Origin: Octopus sinensis
Taxonomy: Eukaryota
Length of the DNA: 64,000 nucleotides
NCBI RefSeq assembly: GCF_006345805.1
Contig: NC_042999.1
Location: 66,154,001 to 66,218,000, forward strand
Direction: 5' to 3'
This document shows, piece after piece, positions 1 through 13,727 of this stretch (position 1 is the first letter of the stretch; the number at the start of each line of letters is the position of its first letter). Made by a program: the position numbers and the translations under genes. The notes beneath the pieces are model-generated. The model was not told the origin of the DNA. It worked only from the letters and a program-made list of their open reading frames with translations, and did no database searches.

Positions 1-386
1 CATATATACACGTGCGTGTGTGTGTATGTGTGTGCATCTTTGTCTGTGTGGGTAGATATATATGCAGGCAGAAAGAAAGACAGATAGATGGACACATTGA
101 TAGATACGTAGATGGATATATATATTTATATTCAATTTTATATTTATATAAATAGATTGCTATAGATATAGATAAATAGATAGATAGATAGATAGATAGA
201 TAGACAAACAGACAGATAGAAAAAAAACGACCTTTATTAATTGAGTGGAAGATATATCGGTGAATGTAAACAGTTACCTATGGAATGAAAAAGATCAACA
301 TATCATATATCGTTACGTCAATGAACAGAGAAATTCAATTTTATATAATCATTCGTTGTTAACGAATTATATATATGTATGTATAT

Positions 387-432
<46 letters not shown>

Positions 433-468
433 CACCACACACAGACATATATATATATATATAATATT

Positions 469-499
<31 letters not shown>

Positions 500-2429
500 A
501 AATTAAAATGAAAAAGCAATCTTATACAATATATATATAGTGGAGCAATGTCTCAGTTCAGTTGAAACCAGCCACTGAATATTAACTAAGCATACAGATA
601 TCCGATAACTATTGTATTCTATTATACATAGACAATTAAATTTTATCTACACAATACTTGTATCAGGTTATTATTGTATAAAACAACTTGATAATTTAGT
701 TAATATCTAATACTACATTTTCTGCGCGTATATTTGACTTCTGTATAGAATATTGTTATAGAATTAAATGTTAAATCTGTACTAACACTTTATTCGCCTT
801 TTCACAATGATTCCCAGTAAAATACCGTCTAAATTGGAATGATTAGCTAGTGTGCAACCTTGCATAGGTGCGCTTATACAACTATATGCGCATATGTATA
901 ATCGTATATATATATGTATGCATGTGCTTTTGTATGTATGTCTGTATTAGTGTGTATGCATACGCACATACATATATTTATGTATGTATACATTCATACA
1001 TACAAACATATGCACATTCATATTTATAGATTTGTGTGTGTCCGTGTGTGCTCCTAGCGTTAATTATTTTCTCTTTTCGTTTTCTCTCGATTAGACAATA
1101 TCGTATATTTTGAATTGAAAATATAGATACATTATAGGAACACATACAATTAAAGGTGCTTAAGTGATATATATTTCAAATAAATTCATAGTCGTGCTTA
1201 ACTGATCGAAAAACTAAATTACAGAATCCATTGGTGGAACACACTGTACAGATCACTGATGACGTGTGACTTCTTTACTAAATTAATATACATTATAGAC
1301 ATTGGCACCAGGCCACACATTATAATACAGTCGCAGTCGATTATATGACCCATCTTTTTCTCCTTCAATACAACGTAACTTTATCAACCCTAGAATGAAT
1401 GTGGGAAATGGTATCATCAGACGTAATTGATGTTAAAATTTGTAAGCCCATAATTAAATAGTTGCAGAACATTTTTTTCTTATTTCAGTATTTGAGTGAC
1501 TGTCAAAGGACTGCTATTTAGTTGCTAAAATGTAGACTTCTAGTATTGGCATAATGAAATTTATGAATAAATCGATATGAGTATACAAGAGTCATAATTT
1601 TTATCATCACTGGAAAAGCGACAAAATTTTGACATTGGATTTTAAAACCACAACATAATTTGCGGCAAATTCAATACATCTGAAGCTCTTATAATTCTCT
1701 CTGGAATCATGTTACTAGAGGAAAATGAATTAGAGAATTTTATAATTCTTCAGAGAGATTTTCTACTCCTTTTGTTTCGTGAGTTCAGATCCAAACCGAG
1801 GCGAACCTTGTCTTTCAAATGTCAGTACATAAGCAACTGAACAAGCACTGGGTTCGACATTACCTTTTCTATCTCGATCACGCTCCCCTTATCTCCACAA
1901 AATGGTGTACGGTTGAACAAAGATTTCTCAAATTCTCCAAAGTTAACAATCTTCCCAAGCCACGCGTGAAGCCAGATATGCCATGCGTAGACGAGCAGTC
2001 ATGTTATAACCCAAGGAAAGTTAAGAATAATCTTATTAAAGACGCAGCAACTTTTGAATCGAGAGAGCATACATGAAATGATGTCAAATACTCTAGAAAA
2101 CAAGCAAAATAAAAAAAAAAACAGTTAAATTCTATTAAACTTATTACTGTTATGTTGAGTTTTTATATATGATGTTATTAACGATGTTTGATGTTAGCCT
2201 TGAACGAGCAAACACGATTAAAGATATTCTGCTAAACTCCCGATTTCCTTTTTCCTTATATACTGAAACTTCAGCTACAATATTTACGTTTTTCCATTTC
2301 GATAACTTGCAATTTGAAGGAGTTTTCGATGTTATTGGTACAGACTGAGAAATCTATTGCTCGCTTTATGTCATTCAGTCCATTCTGTAGGTAAATATAT
2401 TTTCTACCTATACGAGTATTTTTACTATT

Positions 2430-2655
2430 CTTCATATACTCGCGTCAGTCATTGAACTGCAGCTATGCCGGTGCACCATCTTGCGTAATTTAACCAGATA
2501 AATCGATCCCTGTAACTATTCTCATGTGTGATAGTTATTCTATCGGTCGACTCCGCTGAACCGCTAGCTTAGGTGGAAATAAACAAAAGAAAATCAGGTT
2601 TTCAAACGGGTGGGGATCAAAAGCATAGAAATTCACACACATACTAGCATATATA

Positions 2656-2699
<44 letters not shown>

Positions 2700-2840
2700 A
2701 TATATATATATACAGTGTCTTTCAACACAGTTTCAGGCTGCACAATTCATTCACCAGGCAACAGTCGGCCCGGTGTTGCGCAATAGTATTGTACTTGAAA
2801 CCAAGTCATTGCGCAGGCAGATTCTTACTCCTACACCCAA
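2430..2840 (-). mobile_element. Degenerate SINE family A copy
   Basis: Recognisable diverged blocks (CAGTCATTGAACTGCAGCTATGCCGGTGCACC, TCTATCGGTCGACTCCGCTGAACCGCTA, CAGTCGGCCCGG) collinear with the family A copies at 16600 and 31431. Confidence 0.6.
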
Positions 2841-3615
2841 CAGAACCATGACTTGGCTTTTTGGAAAATTTTCCATTCTCTTACCATTATATGTGCTAGC
2901 ATGTATATTTTAGTGGCCACTTGTTGGGCAATAATTTCATCCGAAGCAGTGTGTTCAACGCCAAACAATTACATAGATACAGACATTTGATAAAACCCAA
3001 ATGTGTTCTGTTCAGTTTTACTTTATATTTTAAAAGTACATTGCATGTTAAAAATTACGAGCAACACCAGTAGTTCCTTCGGGGTCCTTAGCCAAGCCCA
3101 ATTTCCTTCAAGCATTTTATTTAGTGTAAGGGCTCTATCTGACAAGATAACTTCCGCCCGCCTGTCTAAAAGGCCGTTAAAACGAAATATTTTGTTCGCT
3201 GCCTTTATTTCCCTCTACAATCGGTAAGAAAATTCCATTGTAAATATTAAAAATTTTTGCATTACATGACTCCGCGGTCGTAGACGGAATTCTATTACAA
3301 ATATTGAATATTGGTTCCTGGAAAAAATTTCCTGATCACGAGTGAAGGGGTATTCTCTTTCGTTCTTCATGTATATTTTTGTTATTAGCTCCTTTCAACT
3401 GGAAGTATGCCATCCTATTATGTGAATTAATTATTTACATGATGATAAGTTTTGTTTGTTTAACTTTTAAACTGTGCGTCTATTGCATATGACATCAAGC
3501 CAATTCCAAATACAATTCATGTTTGTCATCCTTCTCTATGTGCATTGTCTATGTTTCTATTTATTTATTACACCAGTAGGACATACTTTGGTTTCTGGAT
3601 CACAAACGTTTATAT

Positions 3616-3669
<54 letters not shown>

Positions 3670-4135
3670 ATATATTATATATATATAATATATATATATA
3701 TCTATATATATACATATACATATACATATATATATACATATACGTATACACGCACTTAGATACTGGTAATGAAAGATTATTTCCCCCAGAGTTTGCAGAG
3801 GGACAATGGTGAAACCGAAAATTTTCATTTTCTATTTTGTATAACGTCAGGAAAATAACTTCATCTAAATCAAGCATAACATGCATTTTGCATAATAACA
3901 TATTTTTATTCGGAAAAGTTAGTAAAATGTTTAGATGCCGGTAGATTTCCGTGAGATGCGATTTTGATATAGAAGGTATGCGTTTTCTTTATTGAAATTT
4001 CAGGTTTTGAAAATGTTTGTCATCAGATTTTTGTTATATGCTTTTTGAGAGTGTTTCAAAACAACAACCAGTAAGTCCAAGCTATTTCCTCATTCCTATA
4101 GAATCTATAGTATAGATGGTCTTGTCTTTGTGGTG

Positions 4136-4214
<79 letters not shown>

Positions 4215-4428
4215 CGTGTGTGCGTGGTGTTTGTGTATGTATATATATGTATGCATGTACACGACGTGTACGTCCACTTTCCCTTCTCAAAATGTTTTGG
4301 TCAGCTCAATGCAGTGATAGATGGCACCTGCTCAAGACGGCAAGCAGAAGGACTGAACCAGGAAACATGTGGTTCATATGCACACTGTTTATTATTCTTA
4401 ACGTACAGCGACGCCGGGTAACATACAT

Positions 4429-4461
<33 letters not shown>

Positions 4462-4901
4462 CATACATACATACATACATACATACATACATACATACAT
4501 TATCTGTTTCTATGCACGTTAGGTCATTTGTCCCACAAAATACTTCCATTTAAAAATATATTTAAAACCAAAATTGATCTTATAGGACTTAGCACTTTGG
4601 TCTGCAGTTTGATTTACAGACACCAGATAATATAGTAAATTATCTTTGTGTTTTCCATACATAATTAACTTTGACTACCGGTGTTAAAGACTTCAGAAAT
4701 AAAGTTAATTTGCTTGACCATGGACAAATTACGGTGTCTGATCCGGACAAATATTAATATTTCATGAGTTGACGGCTTTAAGAAAATCTCCATTAAAAAA
4801 TAGTTTGATAGGAATGATTGGAAATTCTGTGCACACATACAATTAAACATTTATGCAGCTGCAGATGCACACTGAGAAATATATGCATCTCTATGTATAT
4901 A

Positions 4902-4967
<66 letters not shown>

Positions 4968-4977
4968 TATACTTCCA

Positions 4978-5457
4978 TATACACACACATATATATACTT
5001 CCATAGGTAAAAATACGTGTATAAACATAAACATACGTACATACATACGTACATGTATGCATGCATGCATGCATACATGCATACATACATACATACATAC
5101 ATACATACATACATACATACATACATACATACATACATACATACATACATACATTTAGAGAAAGAAACTGTTGACGATAACTAATTTTTTTGCTGATGAG
5201 TGATGGGTCGGACACGGTCTGACGAAGCCTGTCAATGACGAAATGTGGAAACATTTTATTACTGAATTTGGCGAAACTGCAGTATAAGAAAAGTTAAGTT
5301 TGTAAAAGTTTTTAATTCTCATCTCACTGAATTTATCCAGCTATTGTGTATCTAGTACACTCTTCGCCTTGAATGTAATGATATATGTATAATATATGGC
5401 GTGTACTGGTACACCGGCGATTATAATTAATTTTATTGTATCGCATTTATCTTTGTT

Positions 5458-5538
<81 letters not shown>

Positions 5539-5796
5539 TATATATATTTACATATGTATATGTATACTTATATGTGTGTATGTGTGTGTGCGTGTGTGGT
5601 GAAAACTTTCTGTACAAGTTCTCTTCGACAAACAAACAAACAAAATATGGATGAAGATGAACTATAAATTAATGGAATTGTTCTCATCTTTTTAGACAAA
5701 TTAAATGACAAAAAACAAGTGTAATATTTCATTCAGATACATCTAAATGAAATCGTTCACTTAGCATTTTTTAGTTTTGTATTTTGATATGTATAT

Positions 5797-5855
<59 letters not shown>

Positions 5856-6261
5856 GTAACTGTGTGCTTGTGTATGGGAGTGTAAATTCTTATTTAAAAG
5901 CAAACATTAATTGAAAAAAGTCCAAATTTTATTTAAAATATAAAAACGATTTTTGCTCGGAAAATGTTCGCGGTATCTTTTTTTATGTTTCCACATTTCG
6001 TCATTGACAGGCTTCGTCAGACCGTGTCCGACCCATCACTCATCAGCAAAAAAATTAGTTATCGTCAACAGTTTCTTTCTCTAAATGTATGTATGTATGT
6101 ATGTATGTATGTATGTATGTATGTATGTATGTATGTATGTATGTATGTATGTATGTATGCATGTATGCATGCATGCATGCATACATGTATGTATGTATGT
6201 ACGTATGTTTATGTTTATACACGTATTTTTACCTATGGAAGTATATATATGTGTGTGTATA
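4978..6261. repeat. Inverted duplication, arms 4978-5254 and 5985-6261 (~277 bp), spacer ~730 bp
   Basis: 5151-5254 is the exact reverse complement of 5985-6088. The (ACAT)n tracts are the same length and only one mismatch was seen. The ORF track gives near-identical peptides on opposite strands. Confidence 0.9.
5975..6055 (-). ncRNA. Type I hammerhead ribozyme candidate
   Basis: Minus strand reads ATTTTTTTG-CTGATGA-G...C-GAAA-TGT-GGAA-ACA-TA-AAAAAAGAT. It has an intact core, a G10.1-C11.1 pair, stem III with a GGAA loop, an AUA site and a U/A-rich stem I with a G.A closing mismatch. Confidence 0.55.
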
Positions 6262-6837
6262 CGAGTATACGTGCGGAGACAGCCAAAAGAATCATTTGAC
6301 CCAGACTGTCTTCTTCCAGCTGTTAAACATGGAGGACGACTGTGATGATCTGGGGGACTATATCTTGGAAATGCGCCGTTCTAATGGTTTTCCTTCATGG
6401 TATAATTAATAGTCAGGGCTATTTAAGCATTTTATTTGATCAAATTCATCCTATGGTTGCGGAACTGTTTCTGAACGGAAACACAATCTTTCAGGAAGAT
6501 AATACACCAAATCATACAGTTAAAGTAGTTACTGAATTGCATCAAGAACCTTCTAGAGATGTCGAACATAGTATCTGGCCACCACTCTCCCCAGATCTCA
6601 ATATTATTAAACATTTATGGTGCATTTTAGAAAACCAAGTAAGGAGTTGATATCATCCATCATCAAAAGAACTGAAGATTGGTTCAGTAGAAGAATGAAC
6701 AAACATTCCTTTGGAAACAATTCAAACTTTGTACGAGTCCATACCTCGTAGCATTCAAGATGTAATTACTGCCAAAGGTTTTCCTACCTCATATTAAATT
6801 TAATTTGCTTGAAATTTTAAGGTGTTTCCATTATTTT
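6262..6837 (+). mobile_element. 5'-truncated Tc1-family (DD36E-spaced) transposon remnant with partial right TIR
   Basis: Translates to VKHGG...WG and FQEDNTPNH...WPPLSPDLNIIKHLW. The 3' end GAAATTTTAAGGTGTTTCCATTATTTT matches the TIR at 41482. Frameshifts and stops are present. Confidence 0.9.
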
Positions 6838-7160
6838 TTAATGGAAATATATATATACGCATACTTATATACGTATATGCATGGTCCCATGTTATCATGC
6901 TACCGAAAAATGTAAGGTATTCACTAGTAGTTAAATGTGTTGAGATTAAATGCGTCGCAATTTAACGTGAATGTTGCATGCTGTCTGGCGTTGGACAGTC
7001 ACTGAATGTATTGGAAGAACAATTTCGGAGAAATTTGACAATCATATAAAACTGTAGATAGTAATGTCTTACGCCGAAAAGAAGTAAATGCACGCGATAA
7101 CAGGAATGCAAAATTTGTCTAGAACCAAAGGCTCACCGCCTTAACATACAACTAAGAGCA

Positions 7161-7234
<74 letters not shown>
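7161..7234. repeat. (CT)n microsatellite
   Basis: Direct reading. Confidence 0.95.
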
Positions 7235-7236
<2 letters not shown>

Positions 7237-7304
7237 GTCGAAGGAAAACCCAATAAAAATTTTAGTCTGATATTTTTACATAAATACTAATTTCGAAATT
7301 AGGT

Positions 7305-7305
7305 T

Positions 7306-7354
<49 letters not shown>

Positions 7355-7368
7355 TCTGCTGCTACTAT

Positions 7369-7437
<69 letters not shown>

Positions 7438-7516
7438 CGTTGCTGCTGCTACTACTACTACTACTACTATTACTATTGATAATAATAATAATAATAATAA
7501 TAATCATCATCATCAT
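7305..7516. repeat. Compound trinucleotide microsatellite (CTA/CTG/CCA/TAA/CAT)
   Basis: Direct reading; explains the poly-S/G/I/M ORF. Confidence 0.95.
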
Positions 7517-7806
7517 CGTTTAGCGTCCGCTTTCAATGCTAGCATGGGTTGGACGGTTCAACTGGGGTCTGGGAAGCCAGAAGGCTGCACCAGGCCCAGT
7601 CTGATCTGGCAAAGTTTCTACGGCTGGATGCCCTTCCTAGCGCCAACCACTCCGTGAGTGTAGTAGGTGCTTTTTACGTGCCAGACGGGTCTGGCAAACG
7701 GCCACGATCGGATGGTGCTTTTTACGTGCCACCGGCAGGGGGGCCAGGCGAGGCTGGCAACGGCCACGAGAGGATGGTGCTTTTTACGTGCCACCGGCAC
7801 GTGGCC
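7512..7806 (-). mobile_element. Non-LTR retroposon 3' end (RTE-tail-like) with (GAT)n tail and internal tandem repeats
   Basis: GC-rich island abutting (CAT)n, with motif TACGGCTGGATGCCCTTCCTA and three copies of GGTGCTTTTTACGTGCCA. A related diverged copy lies at 55728-56160. Confidence 0.6.
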
Positions 7807-9036
7807 AAGAAGAACAAAAGAAGAAGAACAAGGAGGAGGAGAAGGAGAAGAAGAGGAAGAAGAAGATCGGGGGACCTGTGCAGTTGTCGAGTGGTAGCTG
7901 TGCAAGAGGAAGAGACCCTAGCAATCCTCTTTAGTATTCTTAAACGAATAAAGCTAGCGAAGTCATGTGACCAACTGATTGATCTGATGTAGTCTCGATT
8001 GACAGATATTAGATTCTAGTTCCAATTTATTGTTTTTCAAATCAAAAACTCATTTCAAAATTCTCCACTCCACTCAGTTGTAAATAAGTAGCTCTGCGAC
8101 TGACCGGTGTCCCGTCAAGAAGACTATTGGGATCTCGCTTACATAAACGCCAGAGAACACAGATAACAGACGTCACCATCTAGATCTAGGGCTCAATAAA
8201 ACTGTTTACAAGTTTTATATATGTGGGTGCTGATCAATCGAAATTGTGTATTTGTTAATGGAAGATCTTAATTATAACTAAAATGGTAAACTGAACACAC
8301 TTTATATGCTTAATGAATATAAATCGGCTGCAAATAATTTTGTGTATCTATATTGAACTCTGTCGCTTATGTTTGTCCGTGTACACTATGAATGTGAATA
8401 TCATCACGAATAGAAATAGTGTATTACTTGATTTGAAAAGAAATTTTCTATATTGAAATGGAAATATATGTATGAAATCAGCCAGTGTATATTGAAAGTA
8501 TACGTACCCATGAGAATGTATTTCCTACGAACGAACGACTGCATTTTACGGATGTAATAGTTGGTTCTTGTAGGTTTTTGTCATTTCAATTGGATGTATT
8601 TGTGCTTGTGTTTGTATGTGTGTACTATCCGTATGACTATTTAATATTCAATGAAATAAAACCTCACGTTGAAACATAAATGCGAGAGAGACAAATATTA
8701 ATTTAACCTCCATGATGAAAGAGAAGAAAGGTCTTGAAATAGAATGTAACGCTGCTAACGTAGTTATGTTCTGAAATCGAAATAAATATTAATGAATGGA
8801 AATGGAAAACGATTTTTATTAGAAAATTTACCTAACGGAAAAGAATGCTAAATGAAAGCTTAAGAATAATGAATATTATTATCTAAATCAGTGTCCCTAT
8901 TCAAAGATGTTACGTTTAAATGATTCTGATAAAACAACCGTTATCCTTTATAAATTGAGTTGAGATTAGGTTATTATATTTTAAATAGATAAACTAAGGA
9001 AAGGAAATAAACTATTAAAGCATAGATAATATTCGT

Positions 9037-9245
9037 TTCAAATTTTAGCGCAAAGCCAGCAATTTCCATGAAATCGAAACACAATTACATCGACCCTGTG
9101 CTCAACTGGTACTTATTTTATTGACCACGAATGCATGAAAGGCAAAGTCAACATTGGCAGCACTTGAACTCAGAAAATAAAGATGGAAAAAAAAAAAGCT
9201 ATAGAAAATGTCGCCCGTCGTGGTAATGATTCTGCTAATTCGACT
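9037..9245 (-). mobile_element. Degenerate SINE family B copy
   Basis: CAACTGGTACTTATTTTATTGACC...GAAAGGCAAAGTCAAC...TTGAACTCAGAA matches the 45592 copy. Confidence 0.7.
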
Positions 9246-9911
9246 ACTTACACACAGAGATAACATTAATAAATAAATTCTATCCGTTAAATTATGATAT
9301 AAAAAGTTCTCATTAAAACTGTAGCTTTTGCTTTCGAATAATTATGCGCGATACATGTAAACGGAGAATTGAATTTTAATATTGATTTACTTATTTTAAT
9401 TTTTTAAAAACCATTATAGATATTTTTTTTTTTAATCAGTACAAAATTTATACCATTGTCTTATGAATTGATTTGTCTTTATTATACATAAGATAGTTGA
9501 AAATACTGCTGAATGTATGATTAAGTTCAGCTGCTAGTGGGTATTGAACATCCATTACATTTGTTTTTGTTTTGTTTAAGTTCCATCAATAATGAGTTGA
9601 CAAAATATTATTCCAAAGCTAATATGTCTACTAACTACATAAAGATTTATAGAAAATGAATCAATATATTTTCTTTAGTATTAAAGAACTATAACAGTAC
9701 ACATACATACACGCACAAATACATACATACATACATACATACATACATACATAGAGTTACTCATGTGCATACACACACATAGACACACACAAACTCACAA
9801 ACATAAAAGTGCAGTTATCTATATATCATTCTCTATATGCATGCACAAATATTTTTGTTTGTGTATATATAAGTTTGATATGGTTTAGTGATATATAAAT
9901 ATGGTATACCA

Positions 9912-10120
9912 TGTTGCAGAACCGTTGGCTGAAGTGGCAAAATATTTTACTGCGCTTCGTCCATCTTATCGTTCTGAGATCAAATTTCGTCGTCGTGGTT
10001 GACTCAACCTTTCGTCCTTCGAGATTGATAAAATAATTGCCGGTTGACCACTGGGATCGATATAATAGACTTACCCTGTTTCCTGAGTTTGGTGGTCTTA
10101 TAACCCAAATTCGAAACCAA
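9912..10120 (+). mobile_element. Degenerate SINE family B copy
   Basis: GTTCTGAGATCAAATT...CCTTTCGTCCTTCGAGATTGATAAAATAA...CACTGGGATCGATATAAT. Confidence 0.65.
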
Positions 10121-11774
10121 TATTTAATTTCAGTTGTTTATTTAAAACTTTAATTAGTTGCTTTACATGGGACGTTTCACTGTTTTGTTTTGTCTTTTTA
10201 TATGAAACGTATGTTATCATACCCTGAGAATAAAATCTGATACTGTATTTAATCAAAAATAAATTGATGATTTATTTCTATAGTACTCGAAATTTAGATT
10301 GTTTTTAAATAAATTCCTATTTACTTTCATTGCCAAACCTCCCCATCACTGCGTGTGATCAACTAAATTTATTACGGTAGGTTTCTAATATATTCCACCG
10401 AGAAAGTCAGAGTAAATATTGTTACAATTTTATGCGAGGAATTCTCGAATTTGCGCGTGACAGATATTTTGCTTATATACATTTTATTTGTATTTGTGCT
10501 AGAATATTTTCTCGGCTTAAACTTTGAAGATTGATTACAAAATTCATTATGTATACAAGATTCATTCAGTAGATTCGTTGGTCAGCGATATATATTCATG
10601 CTCCTTCTATTTTATCCTTATTTTTATAATTTATTTTGTATATAATTATATATTTACTTGAATGTTTTTGCTTTCAAGTTTCTTATGTGCACACGCACAT
10701 GCTCGTGTGTATATATGTATGTGTACATAGAGGAATATGTGTTGAAATATGCATTCGTATGTTTAACAGATATAAATGGATTTGAAATGATTATATTGAC
10801 ACATACAGGTATATACACGAATATGAGTATGCGTACGAGTGTCCCTATTTGGTGTTTGTATGCTACTTAAACACACGCTCACACATATTCTCACACCGAC
10901 ACACACACACATGTGTATGTAAATATATGTATGTGTGTGTTTGCATGTGTGTGATAATGTAATATTACGACACACAGAAACCCTCTCGTATATATATATA
11001 GACTGGAGACTGTTGCTCAATAAACTTTATTAATTACAGAGCAACAAAATCCATTAAGCACCCCCACCAATAAAACAAACGCCTACCTGTAGTCGTGCTT
11101 CAAGTGTTCAATTTTTCACGTCCCGAGACGTGACTTCCAAGCAGCATGAAAAAATGCGAACTCTTCTGTCAAGTGAGGTAAGCAAGCTACTTACCACACA
11201 GCCACTCCTATATATACTCCTATATAAAAATATATACTCACACACACATATATATATATGCATATATGGGTCTTTCAACGAAAATCGACCCAAACCTTTC
11301 ACAGTAGGAAATTAGCGTTCGTATCACGTAACAAATACTTATTTCAGCATATACGATATGGTTGCTGGCCAAATCAAACGATATCCGAAACAATTTGGTA
11401 TTTGAACACAGAATTCACAAAAATGTTAATAATTATTCCAAAGTCAAATATGTTCAATATCTTCCCTACTTAGATAATTTACAATTTCTTAAATCGGAAA
11501 CCAATATTCGTAACGATGTTTCTTATTAGAATCAACATTATGTTGTTATTAATTCGGTTCTGTGTATATCGAGTTTTATGTATTTTCTATGTTTTTCACA
11601 AGTGGTAAATATACACAACAATAGATGAAATGAAAAAGTATTATATCAAATGGAACGTTTTTACTTTATTCTTTATAAATGTCTTTTGAAGTTGAATATT
11701 TTATTTTTCATAATACTTGTAATTCTCTCTGAATTTTCGTATATGATATATTTCAAGACGTTTGTATGAGTGTT

Positions 11775-11878
<104 letters not shown>

Positions 11879-11906
11879 TCATACATACATATAATTTTAT
11901 ATATGC

Positions 11907-11976
<70 letters not shown>

Positions 11977-12517
11977 ATATTTACATATGGTTACATGCTT
12001 ACTGACATATTAGTGAGTGTATATCATCAATGGCTTTCTTTGAATACGTACAAACTTAGCAACACACGCCTATATATGTATATATAATTTACACATATGC
12101 ATACATAGAAATATAAATTATGTACGCACACACATACACATACACACTGATACCCACTCAAATATATATATATATATGTTTTCAATGTTTACGCGAATGA
12201 ACGAGTGTTTGTTTACGACAATTATTTAATTATGTTTTAAATTCTCTGTAAGTTCGTATGTCTCAACGGCTTTACATTCCTTTGTCTCGTTTCATTAAAT
12301 GCAATCACTCTAGATGCCAATAAAAAAGGTCAGCCGGCGTCTTATTGAACTATATTACTTTAATTTATAGAAGAGGAAAAGAAAAACATAAGATGGAAAA
12401 CAAACGAAAGAAAAAAATCGATGTATGACTGCGTATGTTAAATAGAAGTACGTAAGTTTGACGGTGATAGTGTCACGCACATTTGTTTCGGTATGTGTGA
12501 TCTATCCTTCTTTCTGA

Positions 12518-12582
<65 letters not shown>

Positions 12583-12753
12583 ATTCACTCTGTATATATA
12601 TGAGTTTGTGCATGTGTGTGTGTGTGCGTGCGTATAATTTTCTTGACATCAGACCAAATAGTGATATTTTGAATTCATTTCATATGTACATATCACGTAC
12701 GTATGAAATGGTTTCAGAGTACAGAACTATTAGATTTGCCTTCATAATTCGAC

Positions 12754-12786
<33 letters not shown>

Positions 12787-13286
12787 TACACACACACAAA
12801 TACACACACACACACACTCACACACACACACACAAACACACACACATACACACAGACATCAACCACTTTCTCGCACACGCACAAACCAAACACACTCTCT
12901 CACACATACACACATATACGCACTCACGCACGCACACACACAGACACTTACACACGTATGCACACGTATATCTATGATATATCTATGTACATATACTACA
13001 CAGTAGCTCATTTGTTGTTCATGCTGAGAGTACGTTGTAATACGATTTATGCTAGAGAAAACCAGTATAAGAGAACAACGGATTTCATCGCCAGGAGGGA
13101 GTACTAACGCAATGCTACGAAACAAAGGAATTTAATTATGATTCTCGTTACATTAATACATGTTAAACCTTAACATTTATACGAATATAATTTTTAAATT
13201 TTCATAGTAGCTGTTGTACCCGGTACCGATTTTTGACATACCTAATCAATGAAAAATAAAAAGGTTATAATTTTATGTTACGTAAC

Positions 13287-13727
13287 GTATTTCTTGTATA
13301 AAAAAAAAATCCAGATTGCTTTAGATATATATACTACCAAACACGCCCTTTCTTTGGACTGTCTAGGTTGCTTTGAGGGTTTTTTTTTCACCAAATAATT
13401 GAACTACCGGGAAGGTTTATGAGTAGCACGGCAATCTACGTGTCTCATTAATCTAGGAACAGAAAATTGAAGGCTGGCTATTAGACAGGTATCTTCTTGC
13501 CAGCATGAAATGTAAATAATTCGTTGCAAGGTATTTCTTGTATATAAAATAATCCAGATTATATATATACATATATACTAGAAAACACGCCCGTCCTTTG
13601 GACTATTTAAGTTTCTTTGAAGGTATTTTTTCACAAAATAATTGAACTACCGAAGTTTATAAGTAGCACAGCAACCTACATTTCCGATTAATCCCCGAAA
13701 AGAAAACCAATTTAAAGGCTGGTTATT
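13287..13727. repeat. Diverged tandem duplication (~195-bp units at 13287-13482 and 13531-13727)
   Basis: Both units share GTATTTCTTGTATA, AATCCAGATT, AAACACGCCC, TTTGGACT, AAATAATTGAACTACCG, GTAGCAC and AAGGCTGG. Confidence 0.8.

Noticed and set aside
1256-1275. Isolated CTGATGA (also ~4020, ~17792, ~39645) as hammerheads
   Set aside because: No paired stem II or correctly placed GAAA/UH.
7549-7992. 147-aa Arg-rich ORF as a gene
   Set aside because: It spans a retroposon fragment and a (GAA/GGA)n tract; no domain recognised.
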